Part shown: positions 30,301 through 39,095 of the stretch, piece by piece
Layout of the letters: the number at the start of each line of letters is the position of its first letter
Position numbering within the stretch: the stretch's first letter is position 1
Assembly: GCA_965214705.1 (NCBI GenBank)
Contig: OZ243972.1
Coordinates: 1,312,001 to 1,376,000 of the forward strand
DNA: 64,000 bases
Reading direction: 5' to 3'
Source: Alphaproteobacteria bacterium
GTDB taxonomy: Bacteria > Pseudomonadota > Alphaproteobacteria > UBA828
Notes under the pieces: model-generated
Told to the model about the DNA's origin: nothing
The model's database searches: none
The model's input: the letters and a program-made list of their open reading frames with translations, nothing else
Translations under genes and position numbers: made by a program

Positions 30301-30490
30301 CATAGCCCGCAAGCAGGTCCTCGAAGCGCTTCGGCTTGACCGGCCCCTTCAGGCCCATCAACGCCGCCGCCTCGCCGCACCAACCGCTCGCCTTGCGGTG
30401 CTCCGGGTCTCCCTTCGCGTAGTAGCCGTCCGCCTCGAAGTAGTGCACCGTCGTGGCGGCGGCCTTCAGGCGGGTGACGGTCGCGACCAT
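27311..30490 (-). CDS. MOBF (TrwC/TraI-like) relaxase-helicase
   Basis: YFEADGYY, DVTFSAPKSVS, HLASRNLDPQLHTH, FSTRR, helicase GHAGSGKT, LDEASM, HAYSSTVHAAQG, YVELTRAR. Confidence 0.93.
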   Translation of the reverse strand: MVATVTRLKAAATTVHYFEADGYYAKGDPEHRKASGWCGEAAALMGLKGPVKPKRFEDLLAGYVPGTDLRLGRLRDGEHQHRPGVDVTFSAPKSVSLEALVYAAPKTGARVVKAHDEAVRATLGFIETELFQTRTYDPATGRRPRVEADGMAAATFRHLASRNLDPQLHTHAVVANMTRGRNGEWRSAEFTAVERSKLLIGAYYRNELRMGLEKIGYATVPTLVGRMPGFEIAGYQKPMLDAFSTRRRELLDYMQERGWENTPARAQQAALYTRQRKAEPDRQVLRETWQERAQELGPARDRDIARGRNGIGASATPVPEPRAQPSALAVVRQAVEHLEERRTVIPANDLRAWALAHGGGRHSLDALDAGIARLRRDGHLIEATARRADLAFVTDRARNAERDIIAGMRVGLDAGRSLAPAGAVEAKLDAAGLNPGQRDAVRAILLSPHRTVGVQGHAGSGKTTMLRAVAQLAGERQIVGLAPSASAARVLEGEADIPARTLQWFLTRYRDVGDGIASPERTEEARKALGGSVLILDEASMVGTTQMRALTRIAAETGVERLALIGDRRQLRAVEAGQPFALLQDAGMPTARMDEVVRQRDADLRQAVLHMVADEPRLAVEELGNGVLETAGDELGRKAAQLWLDLDPDLRPGTAILAPTHELRAEINAAVRHGLEDEGVLHGPVLEIERYVNLHLTRSQKGDIANYGEGDVAVFHHDVYGVRAKAGDACCVTEVGDERVVLTMPGGKERAIDPSGYIRYRLDLFETRPMVLKAGDRVRWTRNDSTRGLINGENAEVLSIRRVNVTIRTVDGREIVMARDDPQLHHLDHAYSSTVHAAQGITCDRAIAVLDTERGGVADQATFYVELTRARDNVVLLTDDREALIEVLETSPAEQMSALRAIGEQFETSVSVSTSPENVPRHPPPEREAVLDEATRENRKTAERFLDQALSAAAASIRQREEHATIAASNSAHVTEDPAYGEWRDGALRALDGCRRIFDDPETYGRHFSRRPGADDEIRRLSAKIESTLASDKAEIERRRQELEASKAKERDIDMGLEL

Positions 30491-30496
30491 GGTCGG

Positions 30497-31135
30497 CTAG
30501 CCCTCCGCTTCGGGACCGGCATGCTCATCGGGCGGTGCGGGACTCAGGCTCGCCTCTGGGTAGACGGGGATCGTCACCTTCCGCGTTGAACGGATGTTCA
30601 GCCGGCACTCGATGGGCCTGTCCTTCATGCGTGCCAACGATGCGCAGGGGGCAAGCCGAGGCGCGAAGTGCTCCACGACGTGCCGGTTCCACTCGTGGCG
30701 GGGATCGCCGAAGGAGACCACGTCAGTTTCGCGTTGCAGCACCGCGCCGAGTGCGAAGAAGACGAATGCCGCGCCCGCCACGGCGAGACGGAAGCGCCAG
30801 TGCCGCCAACGCAGACTGTGGGAGATGCGGAGCAAGTCGTCGCCGAGGGCGCGGAGCTGTTGGTTGAGCTCCATCGCCGACTGGTTCATGTCCTCCAGGC
30901 TGTGGGCGGCGATCGCCGACTGCCGGTCCGTGGCGTGGATGCGCTGGTCCAGGGCCTCGCCCTGCGTTTTCAGCGCGGCAGCGGCCCCGGCCAGGGCGCG
31001 CGCTGCCTCGGCCGTCTCGCGGGCCGGTTCTGGCTCGCACTGGAGCGCGTCGATACGGGAAGCGGTAGCCCGAACCGTCGCGAGGATCTCCGCGATGGCG
31101 TCGTCGTGCGCAGTGGGCCGGCCTTTCGGAACGTC
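30497..31135 (-). CDS. Hypothetical coiled-coil protein with one TM helix, upstream of the relaxase; 5' start not identifiable
   Basis: Frame stays open upstream of the 30889 ATG to ~31135 with no canonical start; TM segment LAVAGAAFVFFALGAVL. Confidence 0.5.
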   Translation of the reverse strand, partial: DVPKGRPTAHDDAIAEILATVRATASRIDALQCEPEPARETAEAARALAGAAAALKTQGEALDQRIHATDRQSAIAAHSLEDMNQSAMELNQQLRALGDDLLRISHSLRWRHWRFRLAVAGAAFVFFALGAVLQRETDVVSFGDPRHEWNRHVVEHFAPRLAPCASLARMKDRPIECRLNIRSTRKVTIPVYPEASLSPAPPDEHAGPEAEG

Positions 31136-31315
31136 TCAAAGGCCCAGCCACTCCTCGGAGAGAAACCAACTCCCCCTACTTGCGTGCTGCCCAAACCGAA
31201 CACATCATATGGTAGCACAACCTTCCGACACTTCCTATTGCGCCCTCCGCCGTGCATGGGTTAGATTCGCATGTCCTCCTAGCTGGGCAGACTTCTGTAC
31301 GCAACATGGGAGTTT

Positions 31316-31450
31316 TGCTCTATGCCGGGTGTATAGCCAGGCTGAAGTGAATTGCGCGACATTCTTCGCCGGATAACCGGGAGACCCCGGACCGGCGAGC
31401 TAGCCGGTCCGGGGTCTCCCGGTTATCCGGCTCGCTCCAGGTAAGAGGGC
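31316..31450 (+). ncRNA. Retron msr-msd RNA
   Basis: Perfect 29-bp stem (31368-31396 / 31403-31431, loop GAGCTA). Imperfect a1/a2-like pairing CTCTATGCCGGG / CCAGGTAAGAG. Directly upstream of the effector-RT operon. Confidence 0.78.
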
Positions 31451-31453
31451 TCA

Positions 31454-32359
31454 GTGAGCCATCCGCTTAAGCATCCCAAAGGGGTAAACTTGCTAAAGCG
31501 GGTGGCCCACTCTTTCCGCTCAGATTCTACATACATCCTACCGTCCAGCGCGATCATATTTGTTTGCGGTGGTCCGTTGAATGAAGATTCTATGCGTCGC
31601 CGCTTTTCCGATTACGCCAGTTCGCATCTTCCTGAGCTGCGTCTGTTTCATGCTGAAGATGTAATGGAAGATTATAGCAGCCATGACGAGTCTGACTTTC
31701 AGAATGTTGCAGAGTTCGAAGACATCATGGCTTCGATTTCCAATTGCGTAATTCTTTTCCCAGAAAGCCCCGGCTCGCACGCTGAGTTAGGATATTTTTC
31801 TAGACATGAAGAACTACGCAAGAAGCTTCTCGTAGTGAACAATGCGAGTCTACAAAGCGCAGACAGCTTCATTTCTTTGGGACCAGTAGCGTTAATCGAT
31901 CAGAATTCTGACTTTCGACCGTCTATTCAACTGTCTCCCGACGATCCCGCATTTGACCTTGTGAAGCAGCGTCTGCAGAAGCGGGCGATTGTGAAAAGAA
32001 GAAGGAGGTACTTAGCATCGACTTACAAAGAGTTGTCCGATCAAAAAGTGTTTTATGCAGTATTTGATCTTATACACATTTTTCGTATTCTCACATTCGA
32101 AGAGTTGGAACATGCGTTTCGCCGAATTTGGAAAAATGCTAGTCGCACAAACCTGCGGCGAGCTCTTTCCATTCTAGTGGCTGCGAATTATGTTTGGAGA
32201 AGAGGCGATGACAACAACTACTTCTGTAAGAACCCATCGATGCAACCATTTTTGGATTTGCAAGATTTGGATTCGGATCAAGTTACAATGGAAGCTCTAG
32301 ACCTGTACGAGAAGAGCTTTCCAGAGGTGGTAGGTGTGTTACGAGGCGTGAAGTCGTGA
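31454..32359 (+). CDS. Retron effector, NDT-like domain plus C-terminal helical domain (St85/Ec86-type)
   Basis: IIFVCGG, FEDIMASISNCVILFPESPGSHAELGYF, SFISLGP; coupled to the RT. Confidence 0.85.
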   Translation: MSHPLKHPKGVNLLKRVAHSFRSDSTYILPSSAIIFVCGGPLNEDSMRRRFSDYASSHLPELRLFHAEDVMEDYSSHDESDFQNVAEFEDIMASISNCVILFPESPGSHAELGYFSRHEELRKKLLVVNNASLQSADSFISLGPVALIDQNSDFRPSIQLSPDDPAFDLVKQRLQKRAIVKRRRRYLASTYKELSDQKVFYAVFDLIHIFRILTFEELEHAFRRIWKNASRTNLRRALSILVAANYVWRRGDDNNYFCKNPSMQPFLDLQDLDSDQVTMEALDLYEKSFPEVVGVLRGVKS

Positions 32360-33270
32360 TAATTGATAAAATAGCCGGTGAGGCTGGTGTTGACAGTGCG
32401 CGTTTACTTGAAGTCGCTATGACCGCAGAACATCGGTATAGGACGTATCAGATACCAAAGCGCAAGGGCGGACTTCGGACAATTAGCCACCCAACGCCCC
32501 GCGTTAAATTCCTGCAACGATGGTTGAATAGGAATGTTTTCATAGGACTGCCTGTTCATCACACGGCATTCGCATACAGACGGGGGGTTGGAATCGCAGA
32601 TAACGCGAAAAAGCATGTTGAAAATAGTTACTTGCTCAAAATTGATTTCGCTGATTTCTTCCCATCGCTGACGGCACGCGATGTACGAACGGTATTAAGG
32701 AACAATAAGGAAGGCTTCAGTTTCGGTCCGCTCGAGGATGAGTTGGAGGTAATTGTAAGTATCGTATGCAGAAAGGGCGCTTTGACCATCGGAGCACCGA
32801 GCTCCCCAATTCTGGCTAATGCAATTATGTACGAGTTTGACACATGTTTGTACGATTTCTGTCATACAAACGGTATAGTATACACAAGATATGCTGATGA
32901 CATATTCCTTTCAACTAAACAACCCAACGTATTGTCGGGCGCTCTGAAATATGTGCGGCGTGACATAGCATCGCGAGAATCTCCTAGACTGTGTATAAAT
33001 GAGGCGAAAACAGTGTTCACATCAAAGAAACGTCGCCGACTAGTAACGGGCCTGGTCCTGACGTCGGATGGAAGGATATCAATCGGACGAAGGAACAAAA
33101 GAAAGACAAGAAGTCAGGTATATTCATATCTGAAGGGCGGGCTTGATAAAGAAGATGTGCTATATTTGAAGGGGTATTTGGCATTCGCAGAGTCTGTTGA
33201 ACCGGAGTTCGTAAGAGGCTTGTCGCTAAGGTACGGCGAAGACATTCTTGCAAAACTCCAAGAAGACTAG
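32356..33270 (+). CDS. Retron reverse transcriptase
   Basis: IPKRKGGLRTISHP, region X NAKKH, KIDFADFFPS, GAPSSP, YTRYADD, region Y VTGLVL. Confidence 0.95.
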   Translation: MIIDKIAGEAGVDSARLLEVAMTAEHRYRTYQIPKRKGGLRTISHPTPRVKFLQRWLNRNVFIGLPVHHTAFAYRRGVGIADNAKKHVENSYLLKIDFADFFPSLTARDVRTVLRNNKEGFSFGPLEDELEVIVSIVCRKGALTIGAPSSPILANAIMYEFDTCLYDFCHTNGIVYTRYADDIFLSTKQPNVLSGALKYVRRDIASRESPRLCINEAKTVFTSKKRRRLVTGLVLTSDGRISIGRRNKRKTRSQVYSYLKGGLDKEDVLYLKGYLAFAESVEPEFVRGLSLRYGEDILAKLQED

Positions 33271-33374
33271 CTCAGCGTATTCCTTGCTCGGCGACTTTGG
33301 TGCTCGGTTTTATACAGCCAAACGACATATCCATCGCCCTCGCGCTCGATGATCGCGGTCAACTGCTTGTTCAT
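33267..33374 (-). pseudogene. Truncated HicB-like antitoxin fragment
   Basis: AGGAGA RBS then MNKQLTAIIEREGDGYV, after which similarity is lost. Confidence 0.5.
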
Positions 33375-33848
33375 GCCGTGTCTCCTATTCCGAACACCGT
33401 CCTACCGTTGCCTGTCAAGAACGGTAGCGACAGCGCTTCGATGGCGGTCTTGAGGGCGGCTTCCCTATTGTGCCGCTTGTCACGGTATCCTTGCCAACAT
33501 CTGTTGCAGCCACCAAACCAAAACTGGCAGTATGGCGTGAGGTTGGCCGTGCGCGGGCGCATGCCTATGCACCTCCCGTTCGATCCGATGTCTCGGAACA
33601 GATCCGTGTCGTCTCCACCACTCGAGAACGGCACCGAGGACTATGGGCGATGACGGTGTGGCGTAGCGCGGCGTGGCGCGGCGTTTCTAGTTGCATCTCC
33701 AATTCACTCGTTACCGTGAGGGTGACCACTTAGGCAGACGTTCATCGAGAGGTTGTCGTCATTTGTCGACCAATGATAGGCGACACATTCACAGCCTCAT
33801 AGCCATTTGCCTCCGTATTCTGTGCGAGGGAAATAACAAAAAATTCCT

Positions 33849-34460
33849 TTAACGGGTTGCTAGTGCAAATCCAAGCGACTTGCACAACGCGAGATACACG
33901 GGATTTCTCGCAAGCCCATCACGACAGCTCTTAACGATATCCGAGGTAATCTGTTTATTTCCTCCAAATTGAAGACTCTCCAATAGCAGCAAGTCAAGAG
34001 CCATAGATTCCATCCAATCTATGTCTTTTGTATACCCGCTTACTGCGCTGGCATTAGTTGTCTCCAGGAATCGCCCAGCAGCGTTACCAGACAGGTTCAA
34101 TGTACTGCACGATGCAAAATGTATCAGACGATAGTTGCACCCACCCAACTCAGAGAGCTTCTCACCAACAGAAACAAAAGTCATCGCACTTCCAGTCTCG
34201 TCTTCGAATTCAACCTTGCCTGGTCGGCCGTGATAGCCCAAATATAAGATGGGAAACTCAGATGGGCGCAACTCTAGCCACTTACGTAGATTTAACTGGA
34301 ATTCTCTTTTGGTTTGGGCAGTGCGATGAATAAAGGGAACTTGCAAGAAACTCGCCTCGAGGAGTTGCAACATGGGTCGTACTGATGTCTGGTCCTTAGT
34401 ACCGAACCAAACCGTTTCAATGCAATAGATGCCGCGCCTCTTGCTCTTGGCCATGATCAC
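33849..34460 (-). CDS. DUF6642-like protein with caspase/CHAT-type His-Cys motifs
   Basis: IYCIETVW, ILYLGYHG, IHFASCSTL, AVSGYTKDIDWMES. Confidence 0.65.
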   Translation of the reverse strand: MIMAKSKRRGIYCIETVWFGTKDQTSVRPMLQLLEASFLQVPFIHRTAQTKREFQLNLRKWLELRPSEFPILYLGYHGRPGKVEFEDETGSAMTFVSVGEKLSELGGCNYRLIHFASCSTLNLSGNAAGRFLETTNASAVSGYTKDIDWMESMALDLLLLESLQFGGNKQITSDIVKSCRDGLARNPVYLALCKSLGFALATR

Positions 34461-34511
34461 TTCTCTCTTGTTCCTTTGTAGGCTGTGAGCGAAGTTTTAA
34501 GTCATCGTACT

Positions 34512-35498
34512 TCAGTTTCGGTGATGCGCCGCAACGGTCGTGCACATGTCCGCTAGACGCTGGCGAAGATGAGCGGGGTTTTCCACCGTGACGCTCTCGC
34601 CCCAGGTGACGAGGTGCCAGCACATCTCGTCGATGCCGCCGGCAGTGAAGCGCACCGTAAGCGTGCCGTCGGCGTTCTCCTGCATCGTCTGGCTGGGGTG
34701 GAATAGAAAGGCAGATGCGTCCCGCTTCGCCTCGGCCGTGAAGTGCAGCACAACGTCCACCGGCTCCTCCTGAAAGGTGCCGAAGGAACGCCTGGCGTAG
34801 GCCTCCAGGTCGAAGCCGGGGTCGCGCGTGAAGCTCTCGCTCGTGACGCGGGCCTCACTCATGTTGGCGAGCCGCCACAACCGCATGTCGTCGTTCCAGT
34901 CCGTCCGCCCCACCAGGAAGGGGCGGTTGCCGTAGAGCAGGCCGTAGGGCTCGATGCGCTGCCAACTTCGGCGCCCAGTCGTTCGGGCGAGATAGCGTAG
35001 CGCGACGACGCGGCGGGTGATGATCGCCTCGCGCAGGAGCGCGAGCAGGTCCTGGTCGAGTTGCGGCCTTGGGCCGGGTCGCATGGCCAGTCCTTCCGCC
35101 TGCACCAGCGCCTCGATGTCGGCTTCGATCCGCGCCAGCGAGTCGGTGTGCATGGTGGCCCGCAGCTTGACGTCCAACTCCTGCAGCGCCGCCCCGCGCG
35201 CTTCGAAGCCGGTGCGCTCCAGCGTCTCGGCCGCGGACCCAAGCTCCGCCAGTTCTTCGCCAGACAGGGGGACAAGGCGCCGGAGCGCGTCCGAGCGGAG
35301 CCGCCAGTGGTTCTTGTTGTCGTCGTGCTCCACCGATTCCAGCACCCCGAACGCCTCTTGGACCGCGTCGCGCATGCGCTCGGCCGTTCGTCGACTGACG
35401 CCGAACTCGGCCTCGATTTCGTCGAGCGTCATGCCGCCGCGCAGGCCCTGCATCCGGATCGCCAGCTTCACGATATTCGTCAGCCCTTCGTAACGCAC
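34512..35498 (-). CDS. HTH-WYL-WCX transcriptional regulator
   Basis: HTH TLDEIEAEFGVSRRTAERMRD, IEPYGLLYG, RLWRLANM, FDLEAYARRSFG, EMCWHLVTWG. Confidence 0.92.
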   Translation of the reverse strand: MRYEGLTNIVKLAIRMQGLRGGMTLDEIEAEFGVSRRTAERMRDAVQEAFGVLESVEHDDNKNHWRLRSDALRRLVPLSGEELAELGSAAETLERTGFEARGAALQELDVKLRATMHTDSLARIEADIEALVQAEGLAMRPGPRPQLDQDLLALLREAIITRRVVALRYLARTTGRRSWQRIEPYGLLYGNRPFLVGRTDWNDDMRLWRLANMSEARVTSESFTRDPGFDLEAYARRSFGTFQEEPVDVVLHFTAEAKRDASAFLFHPSQTMQENADGTLTVRFTAGGIDEMCWHLVTWGESVTVENPAHLRQRLADMCTTVAAHHRN

Positions 35499-35584
35499 CG
35501 GACACCCCTCTCCCGGCACTGCGGGTTCCGCGACCCTCACCCTAACCGGCGAGCACAGGGCGCGGAACCCGTGCACTGCGCTGC

Positions 35585-37666
35585 CTACAGTCCGAAGCCG
35601 ACGGGCCGAGGCCGGTCCGGCTTGGCTGCGCATTCGGCGCTCAGCATGGCGGCCAGTGCTGCCGGTTCTTCCAACCGGCCGAGGAGCGCGGCCTTCCGCC
35701 GCACCACGGCGAAGTCGGCGGGGGTAAGGGCGGTTAGACTTGCGATCTCCGCCGGCGGGACGAGGCCGAAATAGGTGCGGAACGCCGCCTTCGCCTGCGC
35801 TGGCGAGAGATAGTCGAACGCGACCTTGAAGACGAAGCGGCGGAAGGTCGCCGCGTCCAGGTGCTCACCGAAGTTGGTGGTGCAGGCGAAGGGCAGGGGG
35901 TGGCTCTCCATCCAGGTGAGCATCTCGTTCACCCGACTCACCTCCCAGGATTGCTCGGCGCCGCGGCGGTCGGCGAGCACAGAGTCTGCTTCGTCGAAGA
36001 TCAGGAACGCGCCCGCATCGCGCGCCTGGGCGAAGGCGGCGGCGATGTTTCGCTCCGTCCCTCCAACCCACATTGACATCAGGTCGGAGGACCGCTTCTG
36101 CATCACCTCCAGACCCATTCGCTCCGCGAGGTAGCGGACGAAGGCGCTCTTTCCCGTCCCTGGCGGTCCTTGCAGACAGAGCGAGAAGCGCCGCTCGCCG
36201 CTCGCCGTCAGGCTGTCCGCCAGCACGACTGGGTCGGTATCGGCCCGGATCAGCGCGGGGTCGAAGATCAGCGGTGCCCCTTGCGGCGGCGCCTCGCACG
36301 AAAGCACGCGGGAGAGGCCGCGCACTCCCAGCCGCACCGTCTCGATGCCTCCGCCGGCGATCCCCGCGGCCGCGGTGGCGCCCGCAGCCACGCCGGGGGT
36401 CGCAGTGAACTCCTGCGCCAGCGCGTGAGCCTCGTCGGGGCCGGCCTCGATTCCGTGGCGCTCAAGCTGGCGCTTCCAGACTTGTTCTCTGACCGCGGCG
36501 GTCGGCGGGCGAAGCTCCAGCGCAAACATCATGCGACGCAAGAGGGCTTTGCTGACTGCGCTCGCGTCGTTGAGCACCCAGAGCGTCGGCGCGGGCGCCC
36601 GCTCCAGCAGCCGATGCGTGTAGACCTTGGAGCCGCCGCTACGGGAATCGGAGAAAATCGGCTGCCCGAAGAGCGAGAGGCCGCCGCCGTCAGAGCCCGA
36701 CAGCAGATCCTCCATCTCGTCGAAGAGAAGAAGAGCGCTACGGTTTCGCGACACAAGGCGCTGGGCGAGCCGGAGCTCCTGCAGCCTCTCGCGGCGGCTG
36801 GGCTCGTCGCCCCCGTCGTCCGCCTCGCCGATGCCGTAGAGAGTAACGCCGAGGCGTTCGGCGAGGACCTTGCACAGCTCCGTCTTGCCAGTGCCGGGCG
36901 GTCCATACAAGAGGACGTTCACGCCCTTCGCTCCGCTCTGGAGCGCACCCCGGATCAGGCGTTCGATGTGATCGCGGCCCTCGGCGATATGACCAAAGTC
37001 CGACCATTCAAGCTCGCTTGCAGGCGCGGCGTCCAGCAGCAGGCGATGCACGTCGAGGCCGGCGCTACCGGGCACCGTAGCCAGGCGCCGCAGCCGATCA
37101 ACGATCGTCACGTCCCCATCGCTCTCGACGGAAAGAAGCCCCGAGCTCACCAACGGCGCGCTATCGGAAAGCCGGTCGCGGATGGTGCTGGCGGAAATGC
37201 TGAGAAGGGCGGGAACGATCGAGCCCTTGAGCGTGCGGGTGGCGAGCCTCTCGAACAGGGTCGAGCGGAGCATGACATCGTCGATCATCGACTCGATGAC
37301 GGGCTGCGTGTGATAGCGCAGCAGCAGCTCCAGGATCGCGACGTCCGTTCGATCGAGGCCAGTCGTCTGTGCCAGGCGTTGCAGCCGCCGCGCCGTGAGG
37401 TCGGGCTTGGGTTGCGCCCCCGTCGCGCGTTCCTCCTGCAGGGCTCGCTGAAAGACGCGCCATTCGCTCCTGGACAGCTTATCGTCAGGATCGATGTTCG
37501 CCCGATCCAGGCGGGAGCGAAGGCGCCTGCTCGCGAAGGCGACGCCTTGCTCGTTCTCCATCACCCATTCGGCCAACGCATCCGCCGCCCTGTCGCGGTG
37601 ACGGAGCCGCGCTGCGGCATTGGCCAGGTAGGTAACGATGAGATGTCGTTCGTAGTCGGTTGTCAT
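35585..37666 (-). CDS. Tandem double-AAA+ ATPase
   Basis: Two Walker A (GPPGTGKT, GPPGTGKS) and two Walker B (LFDEMED, IFDEAD) motifs; CTTN; FRRF. Confidence 0.9.
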   Translation of the reverse strand: MTTDYERHLIVTYLANAAARLRHRDRAADALAEWVMENEQGVAFASRRLRSRLDRANIDPDDKLSRSEWRVFQRALQEERATGAQPKPDLTARRLQRLAQTTGLDRTDVAILELLLRYHTQPVIESMIDDVMLRSTLFERLATRTLKGSIVPALLSISASTIRDRLSDSAPLVSSGLLSVESDGDVTIVDRLRRLATVPGSAGLDVHRLLLDAAPASELEWSDFGHIAEGRDHIERLIRGALQSGAKGVNVLLYGPPGTGKTELCKVLAERLGVTLYGIGEADDGGDEPSRRERLQELRLAQRLVSRNRSALLLFDEMEDLLSGSDGGGLSLFGQPIFSDSRSGGSKVYTHRLLERAPAPTLWVLNDASAVSKALLRRMMFALELRPPTAAVREQVWKRQLERHGIEAGPDEAHALAQEFTATPGVAAGATAAAGIAGGGIETVRLGVRGLSRVLSCEAPPQGAPLIFDPALIRADTDPVVLADSLTASGERRFSLCLQGPPGTGKSAFVRYLAERMGLEVMQKRSSDLMSMWVGGTERNIAAAFAQARDAGAFLIFDEADSVLADRRGAEQSWEVSRVNEMLTWMESHPLPFACTTNFGEHLDAATFRRFVFKVAFDYLSPAQAKAAFRTYFGLVPPAEIASLTALTPADFAVVRRKAALLGRLEEPAALAAMLSAECAAKPDRPRPVGFGL

Positions 37667-37709
37667 GGCTCACTCCGTTCTTGGGGCTTGGATATAAGCT
37701 AGCGGAGGA

Positions 37710-37730
37710 GTACGTCAGATACGGTCGTAT
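37710..37730 (-). promoter_or_regulatory. Candidate WYL-regulator (DriD-like) operator
   Basis: Pseudo-palindrome ATACGAC-N7-GACGTAC, 8 bp upstream of a TAGCTT -10-like hexamer preceding the ATPase. Confidence 0.5.
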
Positions 37731-38276
37731 CCTAATCGAGAAGACAACGATTTCGTAGTGCCACTCGCAAGACTCCTGAATGAGAACGCCGTCGTCGCCG
37801 CCGGTCTCTCGTAACGTGTTGCCGTTCACGGCGATGGTATGGCCAAGATCGCCGTCAAGTCACGTCTCGCCAGCGCCGGCCTCGCCAGGAGGCAAGTTCG
37901 CAGCCCATGTCTCAGGCTGATGAGTGGATGAACAGGAGCCTTCGTCGCTGAGCCCGACACCGATACCTAAGAGTGTCAACGCAATTGCTGTGTGGTGACG
38001 TTCTGCCTGATCAGTTAAGCTACCAGTCAGGGAGACGAGTAGGCGAATCATCTTGGCGGCTCTTGCCATTCTGGACATTATAGGAATTGAAGCCGCTGAG
38101 GCCTCGCCTACCCGGCGCTTTAAGCATCCGAAAGAGTAAACCAAATGCAGCCCCCGCAACTCCCGGCAACCGACATCCTTTCCATACCACCGACGTACTT
38201 CGGCGGTCGTCAGGTATTCCCTGGTGGTCCACAGGCTTTGGCCGGCACTGCATGTCATGCGTTCTCATCAACCGCA

Positions 38277-39095
38277 ATGCATCTTGGTGCACCGCTGCGC
38301 ACACCAGCTCCACGTGTATGTTCCATAGTACGTTTTGTGATATTTCTTTGCGTGTTCGTGTTCTTTGTTGCATCCCAAGTCGAAGCATTCTCGTCGCTTC
38401 GTTATATCCCTCGCGTAACCGACGAAGTGTTCGACAAGCTTCTCGACTTATCAAAATCGACGGGTGGAACGAAGAAAGTTGGAAAACTTCATGATGAGAC
38501 TTTGCCGTCTCAAGTGCTGGAATTATCCCCTCCAATTCGGGAGGAACTTCTGGCCGGGACTTTTCTACACTTGGCAGTCAGAAAGGGCGTGCTTCCTTCC
38601 GAAGAAGCAGTAGGAATGTTTTTCAGGCTGAGAGGCGTCAAGGGCTTTCGTGAAACCCTCAGAAAGATTGTGGGAGTCAGTGATTCGGTGATGAAGGGTC
38701 ACTTGTACGAGCTGCGTCTTGCCAATGCTTCTTCGATACATGGATTCCGCGTCAAGCACATCAATGAACTCTATCACGACGGCCTAAAGAGGGGACCTAC
38801 TGATATCGACTTGGTATTGGAGAGAGGCGACGCATTAGTGGCAATTGAAGCCAAAAGCTATACTCCCCCGCTCGATAAGCTGCGCGCAGACATGGATACA
38901 CTAAAGGCTTACGTTGAGTCTGCTGCCCCACAACGGGTGATTCCCGTTCTCGCCATGCCCACGCCCAAGAATCAGAATACACGTCGTCTTGTGGATGAGG
39001 CAGCCAAAAGACGAGGCGTCGAGGTTATTCTAGGTTCTACAGACGATCAGGTTTTGCGTCTGAAGCATCTGACGTTTGCAGGTAATGCGCAATGA
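38277..39095 (+). CDS. Putative exported or membrane-anchored PD-(D/E)xK-fold protein (start uncertain)
   Basis: Hydrophobic N-terminus ending ASQVEA; GHLYEL..TDIDLVL..VAIEAKSY. Confidence 0.6.
   Translation: MHLGAPLRTPAPRVCSIVRFVIFLCVFVFFVASQVEAFSSLRYIPRVTDEVFDKLLDLSKSTGGTKKVGKLHDETLPSQVLELSPPIREELLAGTFLHLAVRKGVLPSEEAVGMFFRLRGVKGFRETLRKIVGVSDSVMKGHLYELRLANASSIHGFRVKHINELYHDGLKRGPTDIDLVLERGDALVAIEAKSYTPPLDKLRADMDTLKAYVESAAPQRVIPVLAMPTPKNQNTRRLVDEAAKRRGVEVILGSTDDQVLRLKHLTFAGNAQ

Noticed and set aside
32356-33270. RT as the missing maturase of the group II intron, or as a DGR RT
   Set aside because: Retron-specific NAxxH and VTG motifs, no maturase X domain, has its own ncRNA and effector; no TR/VR pair seen.
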